DNA of 64,000 nt from Candidatus Poribacteria bacterium (GCA_963665845.2 OY762492.1:2688001-2752000); one strand, 5' to 3'. Numbered from the stretch's first letter, positions 46,848 to 58,490 are shown. Numbers and translations are program-made. Notes: generated from the sequence alone by a model not told the origin.

Positions 46848-49817
46848 GTGAAACCATTGAGGATGCCCATGTTCACCCGTAGTTACCGCCGCCTGATCGT
46901 CTTTGCCGCCGTCTGCTTGACGGCGCTGCCCGCCGTCTTGAACGCCCAGCAGGGCATGCAGGTCACCGAACGCGGCGACGACGATAAAGCGGCAAGACTC
47001 ACCCTAGACTTCGTCAACGTCGAACTGAAGGATCTGATCCAGTTTATTCAGCGCGAAACCGACCTGACCATCATCTCCACCGAACGGGACATACAGGGCA
47101 AAAAGCTGTCGCTCGTCAACCTAAAAAATGTGACCATCGACGAGGCGCTGGAAAAAATCAAAACGGGGCTGATGCAGTTCGATCTGACAACGATTCAGAC
47201 CGACTCAACGCTTCTCATCACGACCGTTCAGAAAGCGGTCAGGATGAAGGTTCCCGTCTCCTACGGCGCCGACCCTGAATCGATACCCGACTCGGATCAG
47301 GTCATTACGCATGTGATCCCGCTGAAGCATCTGAACGCGGACGAGATCGCCGGAAAGCTTGGATCGTTGAAGTCGGACGCCGGCGTTCTGTTTGGCGACC
47401 GTGAATCGAACACGATCGTCATCACCGGCATCGCCTCCAACATCCGGCGCATTGCGACCTTCCTAGCGCAGATCGATGTCGCCAGCATGGACATACAGCT
47501 GTTTGAAACCGAGGTGATTCAGATCAACAACACCGAAGTGGACGAGATTGAGGACGCGCTGGAGGACCTGTTCGGCAGATCAGGCGACACCGCGCGATGG
47601 TTTTACTCCGACTCCGGCGGCTCGGCGGCGTCGGCGGGGCTGGCGGTGTTCATCACCAGCAATGACGAAACGAACCAGCTGATTGTCCGCGCGACAAAAG
47701 AAAATATGGATTACGTTAAAGAGCTGGTCGCCAAGATGGATGTCGCCCCGTCGCTTCAAACCGATGTGCGCGTCTTCCCGCTGAAATACGCGAACGCCAG
47801 CAATGTGGTCGATATTTTGCAAGAGGTGCTGGAAGGCTCCTCCTCCTCAAGCAGCCGCAGCAGCCGATACTACTACTCCTCATGGTACGACCGAAGCCGA
47901 GGCAGCGATTCGCAAGGGGTCGCCGGCGAGATTCAATACGCCGCTGACGAACGGCTCAACGCGGTCGTCATCTCCTCCGACCCCAGCAACTGGACCATCA
48001 TTGAAACGCTGATCAATGAGCTGGACATACAGGACGACCCAGGGAATGAGATCGAAATCTTCGTCTTGAAAAACGCCAACGCCGAAGCGCTGGTCCAAAA
48101 CATTCAGGAGCTGATCGACGGACAGGACGACGACGACCGAGACCGCTACCGGTACTGGTGGTACGACGATTACGATCAGGGCGACGACGATTCAGACAGC
48201 GGCTTTGGGCTTCAAGGCGAAGTGAACCTGACGGCGGACACGCGCCTGAACGCGATCGTCGCGGCAACCTCCTCCAAGAACCTAGCGGTGCTGAAAGACC
48301 TGATCAACCGCATGGATGTGAGCATGCCCGAACAGGAATGGGGAACGCGCATCTTTCCGCTGCAGTACGCAGACGCGACGAAGATCGCCGAGGTGCTGAA
48401 CGCCGTCTATCAAGGCGGGGGTCAGCAAGGCGGAGGCGGCGGAGGCGGCTTTTTCTCTTTCTTAGAATCGGTGCGAAGCCGCAACCAGGGCAACACCGCC
48501 CAAGGCTCGCTCGCCGGCAATGTGGTCGCGGCGGCGTATCCGACGACAAATTCGATCATCATTTCAACGGGAACGGCGCGCAACTTTGAGCTGATCGAAG
48601 AGTTTATCAAGGAGCTGGACATTCCGACGCCTGAAGGGCAGCGCGAAATCACGCGCGTTTTCAACCTTGAATACTCGGACGCGACGCAGCTGGAGCCGCT
48701 CCTGTCCCAAATATGGAGCAGCAGCTCGCAAGACCAGGGCGGCGGTTTTCCGTTCTTCGGTCCATTTGGGCGCTTCTCGCAATCCGCGGCTGAACAGAAT
48801 ACGGACATCAACAGCCTCATCGACAAGGTGAGCCTGTTCGCCGACGAACAGACCAATTCGCTCGTCATCACAACCCGCTCCCGCTACATTGAGGATATTG
48901 AAAAGATCGTCCGCGCGCTGGACATCGTCCGCGGGCAGGTCTGGATCGACATCCATATCCTTGAGCTGACGCTGGACGACACAACGAAGATGGGCATTGA
49001 GATGGCGCTGATGGAGAAACGGCTCTTTGGAACAGACGCCTTCGGCAAAAACCGAGAGCCTGGCTCCAACCCGCTCACCGGCGAATTCAATTCGTCGCTC
49101 AATTTGGAGCAGCAGATCACCGGCTTTTCCGTTCAGGCGGCGACAAACGAGTACATGGGCTTTCTCCATACGCTCATGCGCAGCAACAAGGTCAGGACGC
49201 TCTCCTCGCCTAGTTTCATGGTGCGCGACAACCAGCCCGCCACCTTCGTAAGCGGGCGCGATATTCCGTATCTGCAGAGCGCCCGCACCTCCGACCTGCT
49301 GGAAGGGCAGATCTTCGACTTTGACTTCCTGCAGGACATCGGCATCAACATCAGCATCACGCCGCGCATCGCGCGCATGACCGCAGGCGACCGCGGCAAA
49401 CGCACCATCGGCTTGCAGATCGATCAGATCACGGCAAGCAATTTCATTGAGTTCACCAACTTCAACGCCCCGCTGACCGAAGAAAGCACCGTCTCCACCT
49501 TTATCGACGCGGAAGACGGGCAGCAGATTGTGATCGGCGGCTTGAAGAAGCGTAAACAGCAAGAGGTTGAAGAAAAGGTGCCGGTTCTGGGCGACCTGCC
49601 GCTTGTCGGGGCGCTCTTCCGCCGGACAGAGAATATCGCGCAGGACTCGGAGGTCGTCATCGTTATCACGCCGCGCATCGTCGACATCAACAACCCTGAA
49701 GACAGAGCGCGCATGCAGGACATACAGTATGATCAGTTCGGCTCTCATGACGATCTCCTGACGCCGTTAGAGGAGACAACGGGCGACGCCGAAGTCGAAG
49801 CGCCGATGAGCGAATAA
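46848..49817 (+). CDS. gspD: type II secretion secretin with six NolW-like periplasmic repeats
   Basis: LDFVNVEL N0 domain, repeated F.L.YA.A....D.R.N.... units, LD..R.QV.I...I.E, LS.P....DN, VIGGL, KVPVLGDLP.VG.LF, ITPRIV. Confidence 0.9.
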   Translation: MKPLRMPMFTRSYRRLIVFAAVCLTALPAVLNAQQGMQVTERGDDDKAARLTLDFVNVELKDLIQFIQRETDLTIISTERDIQGKKLSLVNLKNVTIDEALEKIKTGLMQFDLTTIQTDSTLLITTVQKAVRMKVPVSYGADPESIPDSDQVITHVIPLKHLNADEIAGKLGSLKSDAGVLFGDRESNTIVITGIASNIRRIATFLAQIDVASMDIQLFETEVIQINNTEVDEIEDALEDLFGRSGDTARWFYSDSGGSAASAGLAVFITSNDETNQLIVRATKENMDYVKELVAKMDVAPSLQTDVRVFPLKYANASNVVDILQEVLEGSSSSSSRSSRYYYSSWYDRSRGSDSQGVAGEIQYAADERLNAVVISSDPSNWTIIETLINELDIQDDPGNEIEIFVLKNANAEALVQNIQELIDGQDDDDRDRYRYWWYDDYDQGDDDSDSGFGLQGEVNLTADTRLNAIVAATSSKNLAVLKDLINRMDVSMPEQEWGTRIFPLQYADATKIAEVLNAVYQGGGQQGGGGGGGFFSFLESVRSRNQGNTAQGSLAGNVVAAAYPTTNSIIISTGTARNFELIEEFIKELDIPTPEGQREITRVFNLEYSDATQLEPLLSQIWSSSSQDQGGGFPFFGPFGRFSQSAAEQNTDINSLIDKVSLFADEQTNSLVITTRSRYIEDIEKIVRALDIVRGQVWIDIHILELTLDDTTKMGIEMALMEKRLFGTDAFGKNREPGSNPLTGEFNSSLNLEQQITGFSVQAATNEYMGFLHTLMRSNKVRTLSSPSFMVRDNQPATFVSGRDIPYLQSARTSDLLEGQIFDFDFLQDIGINISITPRIARMTAGDRGKRTIGLQIDQITASNFIEFTNFNAPLTEESTVSTFIDAEDGQQIVIGGLKKRKQQEVEEKVPVLGDLPLVGALFRRTENIAQDSEVVIVITPRIVDINNPEDRARMQDIQYDQFGSHDDLLTPLEETTGDAEVEAPMSE

Positions 49818-49819
49818 GC

Positions 49820-50977
49820 ATGCGTTTACCGTTGACCGGCAAACGGAGCGATCATCTGAAAATCGGCGTCGCCGCGGCAGGCAGGGGCGACCTAGAAACG
49901 GTCCGCGAAATCGCGCGCGTCAAGCCCGAATGGATTCGGCGCGTCGCGTCCCACGGGCGAACGATGCTCTGGGAAGCGGCTTGGCGCGGCAAGCTGGAGG
50001 TTGTGAAATTCTTGGCTGAAGTCGGCGCGGATGTGAACGCGCATGGCTGCCATTACACGCCCCATCGCATTGAGATCAGCCCCGTCTGCGCCGCCCGTTT
50101 AGCGCGGCGGACGGAGACAGCGGAGTGGCTGTTGAAAAACAGCGCCGTTTATGACGTCTACGCCGCGGCGTATCTGGGCGACCTGCCCGCGCTCAACAGG
50201 TTGCTGGATGAGGATCCGTCCCAAATAGAAGCGGGAAATCCGCAGGCGGAAATCGCCGCTGACGCCGTTGAAGAGGACGGCTCGCCGATGTTGGCGCCGG
50301 CGCCCGCGCCATGGGCGACTCCTTTAATGTACGCCGTTTGCGGTCAACAGCTGGAGGCGGTTCATTTGCTGATTGAGCGCGGGGCGGACGCCGTTCAACA
50401 CAGCAAGACGCTGATGGGCGATGTCCGAGAGCATGTGGACATCGCGCGCGCGTTGATAGAGGCGGGCGCAAATCCGCATGACGCGCCGACGCCGATTTCG
50501 GCGCAGGACGGGGTCGGCAAGCTGTTGGCGGAATACGGCGTTCAGCCCGACCCGAACAAGCCTGTTCATTGGGGCTGGCCGCCGATTGTGTATTACAGCC
50601 GAGGCGACAAGGGGGAAAATCCGCAGCGCATTTTAGAGCTGATTGCGGCGGGCGCGGATGTGAACGCGCGAAACCGCAAAGGCAAAACGGCGCTCCACGC
50701 GGCGGCGAAAGCGGGTTTCTCCAAAACGATGGCGGCGCTTCTGGAACATGGCGCCGACATCAACGCGCGGGACAACGCCGATGAAACGCCCCTGTTCGAC
50801 GCGGTTCGCTCCACGATACGCAAAACCGATAAAAAGATTGCCGCCGTTGAAACGCTGCTGGCGTCCGGCGCGGACGCCTCCGCCGTCAACAAGAGGGGCG
50901 AAACTCCGCTCGCTGTCGCGCAGCGCTCCCGCCGCGAAGGCGCCGACAAGATCGTCCGCCTTTTAAGAGAGGTCTGA
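49820..50977 (+). CDS. ankyrin repeat protein
   Basis: G.TALHAAA, GADVN, ETPL repeats. Confidence 0.9.
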   Translation: MRLPLTGKRSDHLKIGVAAAGRGDLETVREIARVKPEWIRRVASHGRTMLWEAAWRGKLEVVKFLAEVGADVNAHGCHYTPHRIEISPVCAARLARRTETAEWLLKNSAVYDVYAAAYLGDLPALNRLLDEDPSQIEAGNPQAEIAADAVEEDGSPMLAPAPAPWATPLMYAVCGQQLEAVHLLIERGADAVQHSKTLMGDVREHVDIARALIEAGANPHDAPTPISAQDGVGKLLAEYGVQPDPNKPVHWGWPPIVYYSRGDKGENPQRILELIAAGADVNARNRKGKTALHAAAKAGFSKTMAALLEHGADINARDNADETPLFDAVRSTIRKTDKKIAAVETLLASGADASAVNKRGETPLAVAQRSRREGADKIVRLLREV

Positions 50978-51011
50978 CAGCTCATCCCCACTTCATGCTC
51001 GCTTTCCTCTC

Positions 51012-51375
51012 CGTCATTCCCGCTCCTCTCTCTGTCATTCCCGCGTAAGCGGGAATCTTAAGGCGCTACAGCCGCCGCGCGCGGCTAAAACCCCCCCAGC
51101 CCCCCTTTTCAAGGGGGGAGTCCAGAAACCCCGCGCTATCCGCTGTCATTGGGCTGCTCGTCATTCCCGCGCCTCTCTCCCTGTCATTCCCGCGTAAGCG
51201 GGAATCTTAAGCGCCGCAGTTGTCGTCTGAACTAGGATTGCCAAGATTAAAAAGATTAACATGAGGATTGCGAATGCCGATACGCCGCTCTTGACATGCC
51301 GCATCCCCGGCCGTCCCCGCTTCCGAGAGGGCATGCATTCCCGCCCTTGCGGTAAAACGCGCGGGAATCCAGAGT
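51012..51375. repeat. composite intergenic palindromic repeat
   Basis: one diverged copy of the ~120-bp unit of 6789-7175, extra GTCATTCCCG copies and a TGAACTAGGATTGCCAAGATT module. Confidence 0.85.
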
Positions 51376-51425
51376 CGATCTCTAAACCGTCCGCATCCGT
51401 CAATCGCGTCATCCCGTCTTAAAAC

Positions 51426-51466
51426 AAAATCCCGCGCGCAAGGTTCAGACCTGCGCGCGGGGTTTT
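51426..51466 (-). terminator. intrinsic terminator downstream of groEL (possibly bidirectional)
   Basis: CCCGCGCGCA..TGCGCGCGGG stem flanked by A- and T-runs. Confidence 0.75.
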
Positions 51467-51495
51467 ATCAAAGCGTCTTAGGACGCCGACTTTGT

Positions 51496-53124
<1,629 letters not shown>

Positions 53125-53135
53125 CGCGAGTCTCC

Positions 53136-53426
53136 TTACTCAATGATTTTTGCGAGAATGTCGTCTTCGCGCAGGATCAGATAATCCTCGTCTTCAACGG
53201 TGATCTCCGTCCCGGCGTATTTGCCAAAAAGTACCGTGTCGCCCACCGCGACATCGGGCGCCTGACGCTCGCCGCTGTCAAGCGTCTTGCCCTCGCCGAC
53301 CGCGACCACCTTCCCCTGCTGCGGCTTCTCTTTAGCCGTGTCGGGAATGATGATGCCGCCGATCGTCTGCTCTTCCTCTTCAATCCTCTGAACGAGGATA
53401 CGGTCGTAAAGTGGCGTGATGGCCAT
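53136..53426 (-). CDS. groS: co-chaperonin GroES
   Basis: [35 protein letters not shown]. Confidence 0.98.
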   Translation of the reverse strand: MAITPLYDRILVQRIEEEEQTIGGIIIPDTAKEKPQQGKVVAVGEGKTLDSGERQAPDVAVGDTVLFGKYAGTEITVEDEDYLILREDDILAKIIE

Positions 53427-53486
53427 ATCCGCCCTTCCCATCGCCAATTGGCCTAAGTTGCGTGTTCCTTGAAGGACGGCTCTTGA

Positions 53487-53513
53487 TTAGCAAATAAGGC
53501 GCCAAAATGCTAA
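53487..53513. promoter_or_regulatory. degenerate CIRCE (HrcA operator)
   Basis: TTAGCAAAT-N9-AAATGCTAA versus consensus TTAGCACTC-N9-GAGTGCTAA, about 60 bp upstream of groES. Confidence 0.65.
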
Positions 53514-53628
53514 AACGCAAAAACCCGCATGATAACAGGCTTTGAGGAACATTCCGAAACAAAGGCGCGTCAAAATGGCGCGTATGGCGGGTCAAAACGG
53601 CGCTGGCGTGTTATATTGGCGCGTATGT

Positions 53629-54612
53629 TCAGGGGGCAAGCAGACCCGGCGCAATCTGCGCGGCATGCCGACGGTACCAGCGCGCCGTCTCCAGCAGCGC
53701 CTCGTCCAGACCCGCCTTCGGCTCATATCCAAGAACGGCGCGGGCGCGCGAGATGTCCGGCGACCGAAGATGAACGTCTGAATGCTTAAACGGAACAAAC
53801 TCGATGCGCGAACTGGAATTGCACGCCTGAATGACGGCGCGGGCGAGCTGCAGCATGGTGACCGTGTTCGCCGGGTTGCCGATGTTGAACGCCTGACCGA
53901 CCGCTTCCTCCGCTGTCGCGGCGCGCAGCAGCCCGTCGATAAAGTCGTCAATATAGCACCAAGAGCGGATGGCGGAACCGTCGTTATGGACGGTGATCGG
54001 GTCATGGTTCAGCGCTTGAAAAATGAAACGCATGACCGCATGGTCGCCGATGCGCTTTGGACCGAACAGGTTGAACGGGCGCACAATGACAGCGGGCAGC
54101 CCGCGCTCCTGATAATGCCCCTGCGTCATATGCTCGCCGACAATCTTGCTGGCGGCGTAGCTCCAGCGCGGTTCGTCCGGCGGACCGGAGACCGCGTTGT
54201 CCGCCTCGCCCGCGTTGTAGGCGTCCGGACCGTAGATTTCGCTGCTGGAGATGTAGACAAACCGCTCCGTCGCGGCGGGGTTCAAGACCTCTAAGATGTT
54301 CTGGACGCCCTGTACGTTCACCTCCAGCGTCCGCAGCGCGTTCATGATGACCGTCTGAACGCCGACGACCGAAGCGAGATGAACGACGATATGCGCGCCC
54401 GCGCATGCCTCCTTGAGCCGCCGCTTGTCGAGAATGTCGCCCTGAATGAAGCGGATGTTCGGGCGGTCTTTCAGGTTGGCGTAGGCGGCGGAGTTCTGAT
54501 CGAAGCGGATGTCGTAGAGTAGAACCTCGTTGGATGGGTGGAGCGTTTCGGCTAAAGCAGCCCCGATAAAGCCTCCGCCTCCAGTGATGAGAACACGCCG
54601 TCCATGAATCAT
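53629..54612 (-). CDS. NAD-dependent nucleotide-sugar epimerase/dehydratase
   Basis: TGGGGFIG, SSSEIYG, YAASK, RPFN.FGP. Confidence 0.92.
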   Translation of the reverse strand: MIHGRRVLITGGGGFIGAALAETLHPSNEVLLYDIRFDQNSAAYANLKDRPNIRFIQGDILDKRRLKEACAGAHIVVHLASVVGVQTVIMNALRTLEVNVQGVQNILEVLNPAATERFVYISSSEIYGPDAYNAGEADNAVSGPPDEPRWSYAASKIVGEHMTQGHYQERGLPAVIVRPFNLFGPKRIGDHAVMRFIFQALNHDPITVHNDGSAIRSWCYIDDFIDGLLRAATAEEAVGQAFNIGNPANTVTMLQLARAVIQACNSSSRIEFVPFKHSDVHLRSPDISRARAVLGYEPKAGLDEALLETARWYRRHAAQIAPGLLAP

Positions 54613-54736
54613 TGATCAACGCTCCAAAACAATCTACGGGCAAAAGTTTAGCGCAGGATGCGCCGCAGGTCAACGCCCATCGTTCGATGGCAGTACGCCC
54701 ATGCAGAGATTTTATTGACGACCCTAAAGCGTCCGC

Positions 54737-54825
54737 GCCGCGCGAGGACATGCATTCCCGCGCAAGCGGGAATCCAGAGGCGCCGCAGAAACCGTCCGCC
54801 CTTGCGGTAAGACGCGCGGAAATCT
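54737..54825. repeat. palindromic repeat module
   Basis: GAGGACATGCATTCCCGCGCAAGCGGGAATCCAGA..CGTCCGCCCTTGCGGTAAGAC, shared with 7150-7212 and 13733-13766. Confidence 0.8.
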
Positions 54826-54969
54826 TAGAGGTTTTGCGCTCAGAAAGTTACAGCGCGGTCAAAACTATGGTACAATGGCGATACGGCTTGGAGTGGGTTG
54901 AAGGGGAAAACGACGTTTGGGAAAACTGATGTGCAATGAGCCGCCCCTTCATCCTGAAAGGAGCATGGC

Positions 54970-56091
54970 ATGACCTTCTCCGCCTTCACAAAACCCGTGG
55001 CGGCGTTCGTGTCCGCTGTCTTCTCGCTTCTGTTGTGCGCGTCCGCGCCGGCAAGAGACTTTGTCCCAAAGGAAGATGTAACAAGACTGGAGAAGCCGAC
55101 CCTCTGCGTAAGGAGCGGAGACACGCTTAAACTCATCGACTGGGACGGTCAAAATGAAAGGGTCTGGATGACAGGCGAATTCAACGGCCCCGCTAGATTT
55201 AGCCGGGACGGCAAGCGCGCCGCCTTCATCGCCAGTACGGACGATTTCGGTTGGTACACGATGTTCATCCTGGAGCTGGAAACAGGGCGGCTCATCAACA
55301 TGACCGAGCGCCTCGACAACAAAGGATATGAACATATTTACATTCCATTTGTAGCGTGGTTTCCAGACGGGAGGCGTCTTGCATGCGCCGCAAAAGACAG
55401 AAACAACCCGTTCCCATCGTTTGGAGACATCTATGCGTTGGATTTCCGCGCCGCGGCGCTGGAGCAGCTCACCAAGACGCCGGATCAGGATGAATATTGG
55501 CCGTCCGTCTCTGGAGACGGCAAGAAGATCGTTTACAGTTCCACTCCCAGCGACAAGGAGAGAGCTGCGCTCGGTCTCACTGGAGATCACTGGCGCAAAC
55601 ATCTCTATACGATGAACGCTGACGGCTCCAACGTTGTCAACCTGACGTACAGCGCTGCAACCGAGAGATACCCCGAATGGTCGCCGGACGGCAAGAAGAT
55701 TGCGTTTGAGGCGTTCGACCGCAAAGATCAGGAAGGAGAGATTGGAGGACCTGACGTTTATATGATGGACCCGGACGGTTCCAATGTTGAGCGTCTCACA
55801 TCCCGCAAAGACGGATTGCGGGCAAGCCTCAGCGATTGGTCGGCGGACAGCAGATGGATTCTGTTCCATATAAAACTTGACGACAACCACAACCCGCTGA
55901 GCGGACTTTACCGCATTCATATAGAGACGCGGGAGATCGTGCGCATCGGCCGATTCGGCGCAACGACATGGGTTCATGCGGGCAAGAGCCGTTTCCTCTC
56001 CGTTGACCCTGCCGGTAAGAAAAAAGCGCCATGGGGAGCGTTGAAAGCGGCGGACCGTAGCGATAAACCAACTCCGCAAGACGGCGACTAA
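54970..56091 (+). CDS. TolB-like (PD40) beta-propeller exported protein with a C-terminal VDPAGK..WGALK tail
   Basis: P.WSPDGKKIAF, YTMNADGSN...LT repeats; signal peptide. Confidence 0.85.
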   Translation: MTFSAFTKPVAAFVSAVFSLLLCASAPARDFVPKEDVTRLEKPTLCVRSGDTLKLIDWDGQNERVWMTGEFNGPARFSRDGKRAAFIASTDDFGWYTMFILELETGRLINMTERLDNKGYEHIYIPFVAWFPDGRRLACAAKDRNNPFPSFGDIYALDFRAAALEQLTKTPDQDEYWPSVSGDGKKIVYSSTPSDKERAALGLTGDHWRKHLYTMNADGSNVVNLTYSAATERYPEWSPDGKKIAFEAFDRKDQEGEIGGPDVYMMDPDGSNVERLTSRKDGLRASLSDWSADSRWILFHIKLDDNHNPLSGLYRIHIETREIVRIGRFGATTWVHAGKSRFLSVDPAGKKKAPWGALKAADRSDKPTPQDGD

Positions 56092-56175
56092 CGCGCAGAA
56101 GGGCGCAGCGGGCGCTTGACATCTTCCCCCGTATGAGCGACGCTATAGCGACTTATCCAAAACGGAGTATGCCGC

Positions 56176-57435
56176 ATGGCAGCGCGCCCCCTCTCGCATG
56201 ATGAAATCAGCTCCGCCGTGGAGCGCGCCGTTCAAGCGCAGCGCGCCTTGGACATCCATACCCATCTGTTCTCGCCCGAATTCGGTGCGCATATGCTCTG
56301 GGGGATCGACGAGCTGCTGAACTACCATTACCTGATCGCCGAAACGCTGCGCCAATCGGACATCGGCGCGGACGCGTTCTGGAAAATGAGCCGCGCCGGT
56401 CAAGCCGACCATATCTGGCAAACCTTGTTCATCGACAACTCGCCTGTCAGCGAAGCGTGCAGGGGCGTCATTACGGCGCTCAAAACGCTCGGCGCCGACC
56501 CCGCCGAACGCAACCTGAATCGCATCCGCGAATTCTTTGCCGACTCCACCGCGGACGAAATGATCGACCGCGCCTTCAAAGCGGCGAACATCGGCGCCGT
56601 CGTCATGACGAACGACCCGTTCGATGAGGAAGAGGCGCGCGTCTGGTTCAAGGGGCGTCCGCCGAATGAGCGGTTTTTGCCGGCGCTCCGCATCGACCCG
56701 CTGCTCAACAACTACGAAGAAGAGGCGCTGCCGACGCTGCTCGCGCAAGGGTATAACGCGGACGCCGCGCTCTCCAAGGAGTGTCTCGGCGAGATACGCA
56801 AATTTCTAAACGACTGGATCGACCGCATGGACCCGCTCTATATGGCGGTGTCGCTGCCGCCCGACTTTGACTATCCAGAGGAGTCGGTACGCGGCGAGCT
56901 GATTCGGCAGTGCGTTCTCCCTGTTTCGTATTTCCGCGGCGTTCCGTTTGCGCTCATGATCGGCGTCAAGCGTCAGGTGAACCCGTCGCTGCGCATGGCG
57001 GGGGACGGGTGCGCGAAGGCGGACATGTCGGCGCTGGAGCGTCTCTGCGCTGAAAATCCTGACAACGCTTTTTTGACCACCTTTTTGTCGCGGGAGAATC
57101 AGCATGAGCTGTGCGTCGCGGCGCGGAAGTTTCCGAACCTGCTGGTTTTCGGCTGCTGGTGGTTCATGAACAACCCAAGCGTCGTGGAGGAGATCACGCG
57201 GGAGCGGGTGGAGCTGCTGGGGCTAAGTTTCATCCCCCAGCATTCCGACGCGCGCATCTTGGAGCAGCTGGCGTATAAATGGCCGCACGCGCGCGCGGCG
57301 ATCGGCGCCGTCCTCGCCGAGAAATACCGCGATCTTGCCGCCGCCGGCTGGAGCGTGTCCGCCGCCGAGCTGGAGCGCGACGTCCATAACCTGTTTGTCG
57401 GCAACTTTCAGCGGTTTCTGGAGCGCGCCTCATGA
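56176..57435 (+). CDS. uxaC: uronate (glucuronate) isomerase, amidohydrolase superfamily
   Basis: DIHTHL, GIDELL.YHYL, MTNDPFD, GCWWF.NNP, HSDARILEQL.YKW. Confidence 0.85.
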   Translation: MAARPLSHDEISSAVERAVQAQRALDIHTHLFSPEFGAHMLWGIDELLNYHYLIAETLRQSDIGADAFWKMSRAGQADHIWQTLFIDNSPVSEACRGVITALKTLGADPAERNLNRIREFFADSTADEMIDRAFKAANIGAVVMTNDPFDEEEARVWFKGRPPNERFLPALRIDPLLNNYEEEALPTLLAQGYNADAALSKECLGEIRKFLNDWIDRMDPLYMAVSLPPDFDYPEESVRGELIRQCVLPVSYFRGVPFALMIGVKRQVNPSLRMAGDGCAKADMSALERLCAENPDNAFLTTFLSRENQHELCVAARKFPNLLVFGCWWFMNNPSVVEEITRERVELLGLSFIPQHSDARILEQLAYKWPHARAAIGAVLAEKYRDLAAAGWSVSAAELERDVHNLFVGNFQRFLERAS

Positions 57436-57929
57436 GCGGACGCTTTCGCATACGCCCGGCGGTTGAGAGCGACGCCGCCCTCCTGTTGAGCCTGATACGC
57501 GAACTGGCGGAATACGAGCGGCTGCTGCATGAGGTGTCTGCCGACGAAGACGCGGTGCGCGACACTCTGTTTGGAGAGGACCCATGCGCCGAGGCGGTCA
57601 TCGGCGAGCTGGACGGAGAGCCGATCGCCTTCGCCCTCTTTTTTCAAACCTACTCAACATTCCTCGGCAAACCTGGTCTATGGCTCGAAGACCTGTATGT
57701 CCAGCCGCAGCATCGGCGTCAAGGCTACGGCGGACAGCTCCTTAAACATGTCGCGTTGACCGCCGAACAACGAGGCTGCGGCAGGTTCGAATGGACGGCG
57801 CTGGACTGGAACGAGCCGGCGGTCAACTTCTATCTCAAGATCGGAGCCGTTCCGATGAGCGACTGGACAACCTTTCGCCTCGCCGGCGACGCGCTGCGCG
57901 ACTTTACCCGCTCCCGTCCTCCTCAATAA
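57432..57929 (+). CDS. GNAT acetyltransferase (spermidine/spermine acetyltransferase-like)
   Basis: ELAEYE, YSTF.G..GL.LEDLYV, R.QGYG, LDWN..A..FY. Confidence 0.9.
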   Translation: MSGRFRIRPAVESDAALLLSLIRELAEYERLLHEVSADEDAVRDTLFGEDPCAEAVIGELDGEPIAFALFFQTYSTFLGKPGLWLEDLYVQPQHRRQGYGGQLLKHVALTAEQRGCGRFEWTALDWNEPAVNFYLKIGAVPMSDWTTFRLAGDALRDFTRSRPPQ

Positions 57930-57975
57930 TTGTATCCCGAAAGGGATTGACGCCTTTGGCTAGTAGGAGAGAGGC

Positions 57976-58479
57976 ATGGGCATCGTATTTGCGGTAAATT
58001 TAAAGATTTACGATGACGGCGAAAACTGGAGGCATCGATCTGATGATGGCAGCTTCCCGCTTTCAGCCAAAGTCGCCATGAAGGCGAGCCAATACGGGTA
58101 TGGAATGCAGTTCTGTAAACCGTACTGGTCGCCATGGTTCATCAATGAGATGCCGTTTGAAATAGGGGCGTCGCCGTTTTCAGACGCTTCAGGCATTTTC
58201 GCCGCCGAGTTTCAAGACCCGCTTGACTGGGAGAAGATTCAGTTCCCGACATTATTGCTGGAGCTGTGGCAATTGCCAAAAGTTGAAGCGGCAATGTTTA
58301 TGCGGATCACAGACGGTTCTAAACCCGTTGATCAGCTGATCTCGGTTCAAGGTTCTAAAGAAAAGCCGAAGCCTGTCTCCATCTACAAGGTGATGGACGA
58401 TCTCGTTGCGCTCAGAGCGCGCGCGGATGTTCCGAACCAGCGGTACTATCTGAACAAAAAAGCGAGCGTTCTTGACTAG
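57976..58479 (+). CDS. hypothetical protein, paralogue A
   Basis: RBS plus ORF; shares motifs with the next gene. Confidence 0.7.
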   Translation: MGIVFAVNLKIYDDGENWRHRSDDGSFPLSAKVAMKASQYGYGMQFCKPYWSPWFINEMPFEIGASPFSDASGIFAAEFQDPLDWEKIQFPTLLLELWQLPKVEAAMFMRITDGSKPVDQLISVQGSKEKPKPVSIYKVMDDLVALRARADVPNQRYYLNKKASVLD

Positions 58480-58490
58480 GAGGGGCATGC

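Noticed and set aside
35095-49817. Retractile type IVa pilus system
   Set aside because: GspG and GspK signatures and a GspD-type secretin, with no pilT in the block, favour T2SS despite the PilM/N-like fusion.
56116-56150. Sigma70 promoter upstream of uxaC
   Set aside because: TTGACA is present but there is no credible -10 box at 16-18 bp spacing.
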